Shown: positions 12,405-21,995, numbered from the stretch's first letter. The stretch is DNA of 64,000 nt from Rhodocyclaceae bacterium (GCA_016791115.1 JAEUNL010000016.1:36878-100877), one strand, 5' to 3'. The notes: a model not told the origin generated them from the sequence alone. Program-made: numbers and translations.

Positions 12405-12497
12405 GTCGAACTTTCTCCGGAAATTGCCGGCGCGCCGCCGAAGGCGACCCCGGCAGAACGGACGATCCGGCGCATTAGGGCCGGATCGTCCTCGGGG

Positions 12498-13331
12498 CTA
12501 TCGGTCGGACGCCTCGCGCACCGGCGCCTGGTTAACGCGGGTCAGGACGAGTTGGCTGACCGCAGCGACAGGATTCATCTGCACAACGGTCGGCAGGCCG
12601 CCATCCAGCGCAGCATCATCGTCGAGCCGAGGTGCATTTCCGTCGTAAATCAGGCTCCGGCGACGCTGCAGATAGGCGTCACGAATGTAGGCGTACTTGT
12701 CCAGCGAGGCCTCGTTGATTGCCTTTTCCGCCGGCAGCAGCGAGGCACGCGTGTCGACCAGACGCGTGCCGTAGAGCGAATTGCGCGCCGGTACATTGCC
12801 GAGATAGCCGACTGGATCAGCAACGGCGTCGACGCCGAAACCAAGGGAGTCGCGTGCCGTGCGCGGGCCGATGATCGGCCACACGAAGTACGGTCCGCCG
12901 CCCACGCCCCAGCGCCCGAGCGTCTGGCCGAAATCTTCCTCGTGCTTCTCCAGACCCATTTCGGTGGCGACATCGAACAGGCCGGCGATGCCTACGGTGG
13001 AGTTGATCAGCACCCGCCCCAGGTCACCCGCCGCTTCGACCGGCTTGCCCTGCAACAGATTGTTCACGCCGATCCAGAGATCGCCGATGTTGCCGAAGAA
13101 GTTGGCAATCCCGGTGCGACCCGGAAGCGGCACCGCTGCCTCGTAGGCCTGCGCAGCGGGTTTGATGGCAACCTTGTCCAGCCCTTCGTTGAAGGAGAAC
13201 ACCGCCCGGTTGAAGCCTTCGAGCGGATCCTTGGGGTTGCTGCCAGCGCAGCCGGAAAGAGCAACCGCCGCGGCAATTGCAAGCGTCGAACGTTTGAGCC
13301 CGTTGGAGGATGATTTTTTTGAGCGGATCAT
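12498..13331 (-). CDS. mlaA: MlaA/VacJ family outer-membrane lipoprotein
   Basis: The 277-aa ORF has a lipobox (ALSGC) and VacJ motifs (DPLEGFNRAVFSFNE, GPYFVWPIIGP). Confidence 0.88.
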   Translation of the reverse strand: MIRSKKSSSNGLKRSTLAIAAAVALSGCAGSNPKDPLEGFNRAVFSFNEGLDKVAIKPAAQAYEAAVPLPGRTGIANFFGNIGDLWIGVNNLLQGKPVEAAGDLGRVLINSTVGIAGLFDVATEMGLEKHEEDFGQTLGRWGVGGGPYFVWPIIGPRTARDSLGFGVDAVADPVGYLGNVPARNSLYGTRLVDTRASLLPAEKAINEASLDKYAYIRDAYLQRRRSLIYDGNAPRLDDDAALDGGLPTVVQMNPVAAVSQLVLTRVNQAPVREASDR

Positions 13332-13377
13332 GATCTGCCCTTGTTGGTCGTTGTTGGCGTCGCGCGTAGTGTAACTG

Positions 13378-13857
13378 TCATTTCGCCGCAGCGGGAGCCG
13401 GGCTTTCGGACGCCTTGTTGAACATGAACTGGCTGATCAGCTTCTCCAGCACCACGGCAGATTGCGTCTTCTTGATGGTGTCGCCTGCCTTCAGGAGATC
13501 CGGATCGCCGCCGACTTCGAAGCCGATGTACTGCTCGCCCAGCAGGCCCGAAGTATTGATCGTCGCGAAAGTATCGGTCGGAAACTTGAAACGAGCATCG
13601 ACTTTCATCACGACCACCGCCTGGTAGTTCGCAGGGTCGAACGAAATGTCCGAAACCCGGCCGACCACCACGCCGGCGCTCTTCACCGGCGCACGGATCT
13701 TGAGGCCGCCTATGTTGTCGAATTTCGCCGACAGGTCATAGCTGTCGTCCGCGCTCACCGAGGCGAGATTGCCGACCTTGAGCGCCAGAAACACCAGCGC
13801 ACCGAGGCCGATCGCCACGAATATGCCCACCCACAAGTCGATCACTGCTCGGTTCAT
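13378..13857 (-). CDS. mlaD: MCE-domain protein MlaD
   Basis: Trimmed to MNRAVIDLWVGIFVAIGLGALVFLAL (cat at 13855-13857). The product has a TM anchor followed by an MCE domain (AGVVVGRVSDISFD). Confidence 0.88.
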   Translation of the reverse strand: MNRAVIDLWVGIFVAIGLGALVFLALKVGNLASVSADDSYDLSAKFDNIGGLKIRAPVKSAGVVVGRVSDISFDPANYQAVVVMKVDARFKFPTDTFATINTSGLLGEQYIGFEVGGDPDLLKAGDTIKKTQSAVVLEKLISQFMFNKASESPAPAAAK

Positions 13858-14651
13858 CAGACACCTCGGAACATGAATGCCGTCAATACGAAATCCAGCG
13901 CCAGAATGGCCAGCGACGAGGTCACGACGGTGCGGGTCGTCGCGCCGGAGACCCCCTCCGCCGTCGGCACCGCATCGTAGCCTTCGAACACTGCAATCCA
14001 CGAAACCGCCGCGCCGAAAACCACGCTCTTGATGACGCCGTTGAGGATGTCCTGGCGAAAATCCACGGCGGATTGCATCTGGGACCAGAAGGAGCCGTTG
14101 TCGACGCCGATCAACACCACGCCGACCAGGTAGCCGCCGAACACACCCAGCGCTGAAAACAGCGCGGCGAGCAGCGGCATCGAAATCACGCCGGCCCAGA
14201 AGCGCGGTGCGACGACACGCGCAATCGGATTGACCGCCATCATCTCCATGGCGGACAACTGCTCCGTGGTCTTCATGAGGCCGATCTCAGCGGTGATCGC
14301 GGAACCGGCCCGGCTGGCAAACAACAGACCCGATACCACCGGCCCCAGTTCTCGCACCAAAGAGAGCGATACCAGCACGCCGAGAGCCTCCGACGAACCG
14401 TAGCGCTGCAGCGTATCGTAGCCCTGCAGGCCAAGCACCATGCCGACGAAAAGCCCGGACACGACGATGATGATCAGGGACAGCACGCCCGTGAAGTAAA
14501 TTTCGCGCACGGTCAACTGGAAGCGGCGCAGGGCGGTGCCCGAGTACATCAGCACCGCGACCAGGAAGCGGGCGGCAAAACCGAGCCGCCAGATGCGATC
14601 GACCACGCCTGCGCCGAGTTTGCGCAGCACTCGCACGGGAGCGTCAAGCAT
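13857..14651 (-). CDS. mlaE: ABC permease MlaE
   Basis: Trimmed to MLDAPVRVLRKLGAGV (cat at 14649-14651). The 264-aa product carries the conserved MlaE sequence (VRELGPVVSGLLFASRAGSAITAEIGLMK). Confidence 0.88.
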   Translation of the reverse strand: MLDAPVRVLRKLGAGVVDRIWRLGFAARFLVAVLMYSGTALRRFQLTVREIYFTGVLSLIIIVVSGLFVGMVLGLQGYDTLQRYGSSEALGVLVSLSLVRELGPVVSGLLFASRAGSAITAEIGLMKTTEQLSAMEMMAVNPIARVVAPRFWAGVISMPLLAALFSALGVFGGYLVGVVLIGVDNGSFWSQMQSAVDFRQDILNGVIKSVVFGAAVSWIAVFEGYDAVPTAEGVSGATTRTVVTSSLAILALDFVLTAFMFRGV

Positions 14652-15456
14652 GCGCGGCCCCAAGCAGATCCTGCCGGTAGGGCGCAGACGGGAACTGGAA
14701 AGGAACCGGCCCATCCGATTCGGCCCAGACGAACTGGTGCACCCAGGGATCCCGCGAAGCCCGTATGTCCTCCGGGCTGCCCTCGGCGACGATACGTCCC
14801 TCGGAAACGAAATAGATGTAGTCCACGATCTGAAGCGACTCCTGAACGTCATGCGTGACGATGATCGACGTGGCGCCCAGCGCGTCGTTCAAGCGGCGAA
14901 TCAGCTGACCGATCACACCGAGCGAGATCGGATCGAGCCCTGCAAACGGCTCGTCGTACATCATGAGCAGCGGGTCGAGCGCTATGGCGCGCGCCAGCGC
15001 GACGCGCCGCGCCATGCCGCCAGAAAGCTCCGACGGCATCAGTTGGGCGGCACCGCGCAATCCGACGGCATTGAGCTTCATCATGACGAGATCGTTGATC
15101 AGGTCAGGGCCGAGGTCGGTATGCTCGCGCATCTGGAAAGCCACGTTGTCGAACACCGACATGTCGGTAAATAGCGCGCCGAACTGGAACAGCATCCCCA
15201 TGCGGCGACGCAGCATGTAAAGGGCGCGGTCATCGAGCTGGCTGACCGACTCTCCGGCGACAATCACCTCGCCCGACGTGGCCTTGAGCTGGCCGCCTAT
15301 CAGGCGCATCGTCGTGGTCTTGCCGCAGCCGCTGCCCCCCATGATGGCGACCACGCGACCGCGCGGGATCGCCATGTCGATTCCCTTGAGAACCGGCCTG
15401 GTTGCGTCATATGCGAATACGACGTTCCTTAGCTCCACGAGGTACTGCGAGGGCAC
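14644..15456 (-). CDS. mlaF: ABC ATPase MlaF
   Basis: The product has Walker A (GGSGCGKTT), LSGGMARRVALARA and MMYDEPFAGLDP. I placed the start at a GTG (cac at 15454-15456) that sits 8 nt after a GGAGG. An in-frame ATG at 15513 and the longest ORF start at 15549 are alternatives. Confidence 0.8.
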   Translation of the reverse strand: MPSQYLVELRNVVFAYDATRPVLKGIDMAIPRGRVVAIMGGSGCGKTTTMRLIGGQLKATSGEVIVAGESVSQLDDRALYMLRRRMGMLFQFGALFTDMSVFDNVAFQMREHTDLGPDLINDLVMMKLNAVGLRGAAQLMPSELSGGMARRVALARAIALDPLLMMYDEPFAGLDPISLGVIGQLIRRLNDALGATSIIVTHDVQESLQIVDYIYFVSEGRIVAEGSPEDIRASRDPWVHQFVWAESDGPVPFQFPSAPYRQDLLGAAHA

Positions 15457-15593
15457 GCGCACGGCCTCCACGCCAAAAATCGGGCATTCTAGCAGAGCCA
15501 CGATCGCCGGCATCGGCAGCGGACGGCCTCGCCACGCCCTTGGGCACATCAGTTTGCGCTACACTGCCGGCCACGTTGCGGCGCCCTCCGCCC

Positions 15594-17054
15594 ATGACCG
15601 AAAACACTGCACGCAAACCCCGCCTGCTGATCGTCGACGACGATCAGCTCATCACTGAAACTCTGGGCTTCGTGCTCGGCGATTTGTTCGAGATATTCGT
15701 CGCACACACACGGGCGGAAGGCATCGCGGTTCTGCGCGCCATGCCGGCCCTGCCTGAGGTCGCGCTGATCGACCTCGGCCTGCCACCGGCCGTGCACCGG
15801 CCCGACGAAGGCTTCGCCCTGATCGCCGACCTGCTGGCCCATGACGCCCGGATGCGCATCGTCGTGCTCTCGGGGCAGAACGACGAATCGAACGCCCGAC
15901 ACGCCCGCGCCCTCGGCGCGCTGGACTTCATCGCCAAGCCGGCGGTACCGCAGTTGCTGCGTGCGGCCCTCGCGCGCGCCCTGCAGACACGCGGGGAGCC
16001 GGCGGCCAGCCCTGAAATCGCGCCCGGATGCCAGCTCATCGGACAGTCCATGGCGATGCGGAAGCTGCGCACGCAGATTGCGCAGTTCGCCGAATCGCCC
16101 TTTCCGGTACTAATCGAAGGCGAATCGGGCAGCGGCAAGGATGTCGTCGCCTCGTGCTGCCTGCACCAGCAGACGAGCCGCCGCGACCGCCCTTTCCTGG
16201 CGCTCAACTGTGCCGCCATCGCCCCGTCGCTGGTCGAGCCGACGCTTTTCGGCTATGCCAAGGGCGCGTTCACCGGCGCCCTCTCTAACCGGGCCGGCTA
16301 TTTCGAAGACGCACGGGATGGCACCCTGTTTCTCGACGAGATCGGCGAACTGCCGCTCGACCTGCAGCCCAAGCTGCTGCGCGTGCTGGAGAACGGCGAG
16401 TACCAGCGCGTGGGCGAGACACAGACCCGCGTGTCGCGTGCGCGCATCGTTGCGGCGACGAATCGCGACCTGCGTGCCGAGATCCGTGCCGGCCGCTTTC
16501 GCGCCGACCTGTACCATCGCCTGTCCGTCTTCACCCTCAGCGTGCCACCGTTGAGGGAAATGGACGACGATCGGCTGCTGCTGCTCGACCACTTTCGCAG
16601 GCAGTTGTCGCGACAGTCCGGCGCCGCGGAATTCCGCCTCGACGCGGCCGCACAAGCGCGCCTTGCGAAATACCACTTCCCCGGCAACGTGCGCGAGTTG
16701 CGCAACATCGTCGTGCGCCTGATGGCAAAGCATCCCGGCGAGACGCTGAACGCGGCCGGCGTCGAGACCGAACTCGATCTGTATGATTGCGCGCGAACGG
16801 GCGCAAACTCGGCGCAGGGCATCGCCGCAATCGCCCTCGGCGAGTTGCAATCGCAGGCGAACTTTTCGCTGGAAGACAAGCTGCGCAGCTGGGAGAACGG
16901 CTACATCGAAGCGGCGCTGAAACTTACTCGCGGCAATGTCAGCCAGGCGGCGCGCCTGCTCGGCATCAACCGCACGACGCTGTACAACCGCATGGAATTG
17001 CTGGCGAAGGACAAGCCTTCCGCGGGAGAATCCGCGCCGACCGGCAGCGATTGA
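15594..17054 (+). CDS. sigma-54-dependent response regulator (REC + AAA+ enhancer-binding + Fis-type HTH), PrsR-like receiver
   Basis: Trimmed to the ATG at 15594 ([17 protein letters not shown]). It has a receiver Asp context (LIDLGLPP), Walker A (GESGSGKD), the GAFTGA sigma-54 contact loop and a C-terminal HTH ([21 protein letters not shown]). Confidence 0.9.
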   Translation: MTENTARKPRLLIVDDDQLITETLGFVLGDLFEIFVAHTRAEGIAVLRAMPALPEVALIDLGLPPAVHRPDEGFALIADLLAHDARMRIVVLSGQNDESNARHARALGALDFIAKPAVPQLLRAALARALQTRGEPAASPEIAPGCQLIGQSMAMRKLRTQIAQFAESPFPVLIEGESGSGKDVVASCCLHQQTSRRDRPFLALNCAAIAPSLVEPTLFGYAKGAFTGALSNRAGYFEDARDGTLFLDEIGELPLDLQPKLLRVLENGEYQRVGETQTRVSRARIVAATNRDLRAEIRAGRFRADLYHRLSVFTLSVPPLREMDDDRLLLLDHFRRQLSRQSGAAEFRLDAAAQARLAKYHFPGNVRELRNIVVRLMAKHPGETLNAAGVETELDLYDCARTGANSAQGIAAIALGELQSQANFSLEDKLRSWENGYIEAALKLTRGNVSQAARLLGINRTTLYNRMELLAKDKPSAGESAPTGSD

Positions 17055-17073
17055 ACGAGGCACACGAGCGGAC

Positions 17074-18576
17074 ATGTATTTCGAGTACTTCGGCCTGAAC
17101 GAAGCTCCGTTTCGGATCACGCCCCACACCGACTTCTTCTTTGCGGGCGCCAACCGCGGCGCCACGCTGGAAGCCCTCGTCTACGCAATTCTTCATGACC
17201 AGGGAATCGTGCGCGTCACCGGGGAAGTCGGCAGCGGCAAGACGATGCTCTGCAGGATGCTGGCGCAGTCGCTGCCCGGGCATGTCGATACGATCTACCT
17301 GGCGAATCCATTGCTGACGCGCGACGAAATCGTCCACGCACTGGCCGATGAGCTGCAACTCAAACTCGATGCGCAGCACCCCGGGGCGCTCCTGGGCGCG
17401 CTCCAGGCGCACCTGATCGAGCGCCATGCCGCCGGCCGGCATGTCGTCGCGCTGATCGACGAAGCGCATGCCATGCCGCCGGAAACGCTGGAACAAATCC
17501 GCCTGCTGTCGAACCTGGAGACCAGTCGGGACAAGCTGCTGCAGATCGTCCTTTTCGGTCAGCCGGAACTCGACCAGATGCTGGCGCGACCGGACATGCG
17601 CCAGTTGCGCGACCGGATCACGCACAGCTTCCGCCTCGAGCCACTGGTGCGCAGCGACGTCGCCGAGTACGTGGATTTCCGCATGCGCGCCGCCGGTTAC
17701 CGCGGCCCGACGGTATTCTCGTCGAGCGCGATCCGACTGCTTGCGCGTGCCTCGCAGGGGCTCACGCGGCGCATCAACATCCTGGCCGACAAGGCGCTGT
17801 TGGCCGCCTATGCAGCCAATAGCCATCACGTCGGCCGACCGCACGTTGCGGCCGCCGTGCGGGATACCGACACCCCGTCGGCCGCTCGAACCGGGCGGCA
17901 ATGGGCGCTGGCAATCGCGATCCTGCTGGTATGTGCAACCGGTGCCGCATACTGGTGGCGCGCAACGCATCAGGATCCGCAAGCAGCCCGTTCTGACACC
18001 GTGCTGGGAAGCGCGGCGCCGACCCCCGTCGCACCGGCGCCGGCACCTCACGCACCAACCGAGCAGGCCCAGACCGGCAAACCGACGCAGCTCGCCGCTG
18101 CCCCAGGCGGCTTGGTCGATATGCCACTGGCCCCCGCACGCGAACTGGCTGCCGCCACCAACCCGGCGCCCACCGTCCCGGCTGCCGAAGCGGTCGTCGA
18201 TAGCGCCCTGCCCGCGACGGCCGGCCTGCCGGATCTGGATCCGGCACTCGCGAAGTTCGGGGATGACTTCGCCAGGCGCCTCGCGGCATCGGAAAGGTGG
18301 CGGCGCGAAGCCGCGCAGCAAACCTGGGTCATCCAGCTGGCAACGGCAGAAGCGAGGGATCCGGCATCGCTGCGGAAATACCTGGCCCGCACCGGCCAGC
18401 AGGTCGACAACTCGAAGTTGCGGTTGTTTCTGGACCGCAGCAACCAGCGCATGCGCATCGGCGTCATTTACGGAGAATATTCCTCTGCCAGCGAGGCACG
18501 CGATGCCCTGCGCACCCTTCCCCAGTCGGTGCGCAATCAGGGTGCCTATGCCCGGCAATTGGCCTCACTTGGCTGA
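17074..18576 (+). CDS. ExeA/GspA/MshM-like AAA+ ATPase with a TM segment, Pro/Ala-rich linker and C-terminal SPOR-like domain
   Basis: Trimmed to the ATG at 17074. The N-terminus (MYFEYFGLNEAPFRITP) is typical of ExeA/MshM, and Walker A is GEVGSGKT. The TM segment is WALAIAILLVCATGAAYWW. The C-terminal 80 aa (WVIQLATAE...IGVIYGEYSSASEARDALRTLPQSVRNQGAYARQL) resemble the DamX-type SPOR fold. Confidence 0.85.
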   Translation: MYFEYFGLNEAPFRITPHTDFFFAGANRGATLEALVYAILHDQGIVRVTGEVGSGKTMLCRMLAQSLPGHVDTIYLANPLLTRDEIVHALADELQLKLDAQHPGALLGALQAHLIERHAAGRHVVALIDEAHAMPPETLEQIRLLSNLETSRDKLLQIVLFGQPELDQMLARPDMRQLRDRITHSFRLEPLVRSDVAEYVDFRMRAAGYRGPTVFSSSAIRLLARASQGLTRRINILADKALLAAYAANSHHVGRPHVAAAVRDTDTPSAARTGRQWALAIAILLVCATGAAYWWRATHQDPQAARSDTVLGSAAPTPVAPAPAPHAPTEQAQTGKPTQLAAAPGGLVDMPLAPARELAAATNPAPTVPAAEAVVDSALPATAGLPDLDPALAKFGDDFARRLAASERWRREAAQQTWVIQLATAEARDPASLRKYLARTGQQVDNSKLRLFLDRSNQRMRIGVIYGEYSSASEARDALRTLPQSVRNQGAYARQLASLG

Positions 18577-18674
18577 GGGCACAGCCAGAAACATGGATAG
18601 ATCAATCAAATCAGCTTGTTGCCTTTCGTTTTTGATGTAACATGGTGAAGTAACCAACTCTTGGTCTGTACTTC

Positions 18675-20612
18675 ATGGCACATAAGACGGGGTGCGCCGC
18701 GTCCGTACGCCTCATCGGATGTGCGGTGTCGTTGCTGATCGCCGGGTGCACGACGGCGCCACCGGTTACGCCATCCGCAAGTCACATTGCCGCCGATCAA
18801 GCGGGCACGACACCGCCTTCCGGCTCAATACCGAAGCCGGTCGACCTTCCCGTCGCCCTGCCCAAACCCAAGCCCGCTCCCCGGCTGGAGACCTATTCGG
18901 TCGTCGTCAACAACGTGAAGGTGCAGGAACTGCTGTTTGCGCTGGCGCGCGACGCGAAGATCAACGTCGACGTGCATCCCGGCCTCGGCGGCACTGTCAC
19001 GCTCAACGCGATCGACCAGACGCTGCCGCAGTTGCTCGCGAGGATCGCAAAGCAGGTCGATATGCGTTACGAGCTGGACGGCCCCAACCTGGTTGTCATG
19101 CCGGACTCGCCGTTCCTGCGCACCTACCGCGTCGACTACGTCAACCTTTCACGCGACACCAGCGGTTCCGTTTCGATCAACACCCAGATCACCTCGGCGA
19201 GCACGGCCACAGGCACCAGCGCCGCGACTGGTGGATCGGCAATCGGCGGCTCGAACAACTCGACGACGGAAGTACGCAACACCGGACGCAACCATTTCTG
19301 GGAGTCGCTGGAGAAGAACATCAAGGACATCCTGCGGGAGACCGACAAGATTCTGCCCGAAGGGTCCAGCGAAACGGTAATCGAGAGCGAAGACATCCAG
19401 ACGACCACCGGCACCGGCGCACAGACAACCAGCCGTGGGCGCAACAACCACAACAGCGCACAGCCGTCGATCGCCGGCAGCCCGAGCCCTGCGTCCGTAC
19501 AGGCCAGCGGCACGCAAATCGTGCGCCGTGCGACCTTTCGCGAAGCCGCCTCCGTGATCGTGAACGCCGAAACCGGTGTCGTGACAGTACGCGCAACGTC
19601 GCGCCAGCACGAGAAGATCCAGGAATTCGTGGATAACGTGATGAACAGCGCCAAACGCCAGGTGCTGATCGAAGCGACGATCGCGGAAGTCGCGCTCAGC
19701 AAGAACTATCAGCAGGGTATCGACTGGCAGGCGCTGTCGCGAGGAGGCAAGGGGTTCTCGTTCTCGCAGGCCGGCACCAATGTGTTGCGCGAGGAAAGGC
19801 TGCAGTTGATCAATGCCGATGGCACGGCGACGGGAACCCTGGTCAATCCGTCGCGCCTGAGCAATGTCATCCAGGTTCCGGGCGGCAATCTGCCCTCGGG
19901 CGTGACGGACAGCCTCATCGTCATGGCCTATCGCAGCGCGAATTTCGCCGCAAGCGTCAAGCTGCTCGAGTCCTTCGGCACCGTGAAAGTGCTCTCCAGC
20001 CCCAAGCTCTCCGTCCTGAACAACCAGACGGCGATCCTCAAGGTAGTCGACAACATCGTCTACTTCGAAATCAAGGCCGACACGACCGCCAATGCGAACA
20101 ACACGCTGACGACGATCACCACGACACCACGTTCGGTATCCGTGGGGCTGGTGATGAGCGTGACGCCACAGGTCAGCGAGAGTGACAGCGTGCTGCTCAA
20201 CGTTCGTCCGACGATCTCGCGCGTCACCGGCTTTGTCTCCGACCCCAATCCGAACATTCCGTCGTCGATCGGCAACCGCGTGCCGCAGATCCAGACGCGC
20301 GAGATGGAATCGATGCTGCGCGTCACCGACGGAGAAATCGCGGTACTCGGCGGATTGATGCAGGACGACATCGATTACAAGACCGACGCCGTACCGGGCA
20401 TATCGCGCATCCCGCTGATCGGGAATATGTTCACCTATCGCAACGACACGAACACCAAGACCGAACTCGTGATCTTCCTGCGTCCGATCGTGATTCGCGA
20501 GCCCAGCCTCGACGGGGACTATCGAAGCTACAGGGATCGGCTGCCGACCCCCGAATACTTCAGAAACAATCCCAATCCGCCTTTGCCGCAATGGGAACTG
20601 GGAACAAAGTGA
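18675..20612 (+). CDS. secretin, lipoprotein type (MshL/GspD/PilQ family)
   Basis: The 645-aa ORF has a lipobox (LLIAGC), an N-terminal secretin N-domain (VKVQELLFALARDAKINVDV) and a C-terminal secretin core (VLSSPKLSVLNNQTA...VPGISRIPLIGNMF...ELVIFLRP). Confidence 0.9.
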   Translation: MAHKTGCAASVRLIGCAVSLLIAGCTTAPPVTPSASHIAADQAGTTPPSGSIPKPVDLPVALPKPKPAPRLETYSVVVNNVKVQELLFALARDAKINVDVHPGLGGTVTLNAIDQTLPQLLARIAKQVDMRYELDGPNLVVMPDSPFLRTYRVDYVNLSRDTSGSVSINTQITSASTATGTSAATGGSAIGGSNNSTTEVRNTGRNHFWESLEKNIKDILRETDKILPEGSSETVIESEDIQTTTGTGAQTTSRGRNNHNSAQPSIAGSPSPASVQASGTQIVRRATFREAASVIVNAETGVVTVRATSRQHEKIQEFVDNVMNSAKRQVLIEATIAEVALSKNYQQGIDWQALSRGGKGFSFSQAGTNVLREERLQLINADGTATGTLVNPSRLSNVIQVPGGNLPSGVTDSLIVMAYRSANFAASVKLLESFGTVKVLSSPKLSVLNNQTAILKVVDNIVYFEIKADTTANANNTLTTITTTPRSVSVGLVMSVTPQVSESDSVLLNVRPTISRVTGFVSDPNPNIPSSIGNRVPQIQTREMESMLRVTDGEIAVLGGLMQDDIDYKTDAVPGISRIPLIGNMFTYRNDTNTKTELVIFLRPIVIREPSLDGDYRSYRDRLPTPEYFRNNPNPPLPQWELGTK

Positions 20613-20649
20613 CCGCCTTTCGCAGCAACGTCCCGCCCGGAGCCGCGCA

Positions 20650-21972
20650 ATGAGCCTGCTCATGGACGCGCTGAAAAAGGCCGAGGCCGCCAAGCGCCAG
20701 GCCGCGCCGAGCGCGGACGACCATGCGGCAGCCGACGATGCAGGCACCGCGGTCGAACCCGGCAAGCCCCTTCCCGAACTGCCGCGCGAACTCTCGCTGC
20801 TCGACGATCAGTTTCCTTCTGCGCAAACGGACGCTGCGGGTGCCGGACCACGTCCCCAGGGTTCGGTTTCGGCGGTCAGCGAAAACCAGCGTGAGCGCGA
20901 GGCCGCGCACAACCTCTTTGCTGCGAAACGCACGGCTTCCCGCGCCCCTTTCTGGATTGGTTTGAGCCTGACGACACTGGTCGCAGTAGGCGCAATCGGC
21001 ACCTGGTTCTGGTGGCAATTGCAGCCGCGTCCGGGTGGCCTGCAGCCCGGGCCGGCTCTCGGCCGGGGTGCCCCGCCGCCGCAGGCGGCAGCAAGCGTGC
21101 CAGTCGCGCCAACAGCTTCGCCAGCCGCATCGCCAACGCTGGCGGCTGCTCCCCCGCCCACCGAAGCCGGTTCGCCGGCCCGTGACACGAAACCGCCGGA
21201 CTCTGCACTCCCGGCAGCAGCGGCAATCGAGCGACCGACTTCCGCCGGCATTGCCAGAGCAACGCGAACCCCGAGCGCGACACCGGCCGCGTCCGCCAGC
21301 GATCCCACGCGTGCAGGCAGGCTCGGCGCAGAAGCGCCCGTCGAACAAGCGCCGGAGCCTCTTCCCGGCGTGCGTGCGCACCGAGGAACGACCGCTCGCG
21401 ATACCGTGCATCCCCTGGTAGCGAAGGGCTATGCGGCGTTCAACGCGGGTGACCTCGATGCCGCGAAACGCCACTACGACGAGGCGCTGCGCATGGAACC
21501 GCGCTCGCTCGACGCACTAAACGGTATGGCGGCCGTCGCGTTGCGCGCCGGGCGCCGAGACGTCGCGGAAAGCTATCTTGCTCGCGTACTCGAAATCGAC
21601 CCGAAGGACGGCTTTGCACTCGCAGCGTCGACATCCCTGCGCAGCAGGGTCGATGCGCAATCGGCCGAAAGCCGCTTCAAGGCACTGATCGCCGCCGCGC
21701 CGGAATCGCCGGCTGCGCATTTCGGCCTCGGCAACCTGTATGCGCGCGAAGGTCGCTGGTCGGAGGCGCAGCAAGCCTATTTCCGGGCCTACACGGCCGA
21801 ACCGGACAATCCCGATTTCCTGTTCAACCTGGCGGTCAGTCTCGACCATCTGAAGCAGACGAAGCTCGCAAGACAGTACTACCAGAGCGCGCTCGCGACA
21901 GCTCGCCAGGGCGCCTTCGATCGCGAACAGGCCGGGGCGCGCATCCGCGAACTGGATCAAACCGGTCGCTAG
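20650..21972 (+). CDS. bitopic TPR-repeat protein with a GspB/MshN-like N-terminus
   Basis: The 440-aa ORF begins MSLLMDALKKAEAAKRQ, a motif I recall from GspB/ExeB/MshN-type partners of ExeA. It has a TM segment (FWIGLSLTTLVAVGAIGTWFWW), a linker of about 130 aa rich in Pro, Ala and Ser, and C-terminal TPR repeats. Confidence 0.72.
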   Translation: MSLLMDALKKAEAAKRQAAPSADDHAAADDAGTAVEPGKPLPELPRELSLLDDQFPSAQTDAAGAGPRPQGSVSAVSENQREREAAHNLFAAKRTASRAPFWIGLSLTTLVAVGAIGTWFWWQLQPRPGGLQPGPALGRGAPPPQAAASVPVAPTASPAASPTLAAAPPPTEAGSPARDTKPPDSALPAAAAIERPTSAGIARATRTPSATPAASASDPTRAGRLGAEAPVEQAPEPLPGVRAHRGTTARDTVHPLVAKGYAAFNAGDLDAAKRHYDEALRMEPRSLDALNGMAAVALRAGRRDVAESYLARVLEIDPKDGFALAASTSLRSRVDAQSAESRFKALIAAAPESPAAHFGLGNLYAREGRWSEAQQAYFRAYTAEPDNPDFLFNLAVSLDHLKQTKLARQYYQSALATARQGAFDREQAGARIRELDQTGR

Positions 21973-21995
21973 CGCGGGCCGCAGCGCCAGACATC

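Noticed and set aside
18576-18675. The AT-rich 100-bp gap before the secretin gene, considered as a possible small RNA or mobile-element scar.
   Set aside because: I found no inverted or direct repeats, no hairpin with a T-tract and no ORF. It is most simply an internal promoter or RBS region with a weak TTGTTG...TAACAT sigma-70-like pair. I could not support it well enough to list as a feature.
19149-20765. A 538-aa minus-strand ORF opposite the secretin gene. Similar long antisense ORFs occur at 16110-17165, 16966-18558, 23492-25009, 24891-26375, 29761-31125, 33703-35253 and 60701-62179.
   Set aside because: Each overlaps a plus-strand gene that has clear family motifs. Their products are low-complexity, Arg/Gly/Ala/Asp-rich, and carry no motifs. 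I treat them as GC-driven artefacts.
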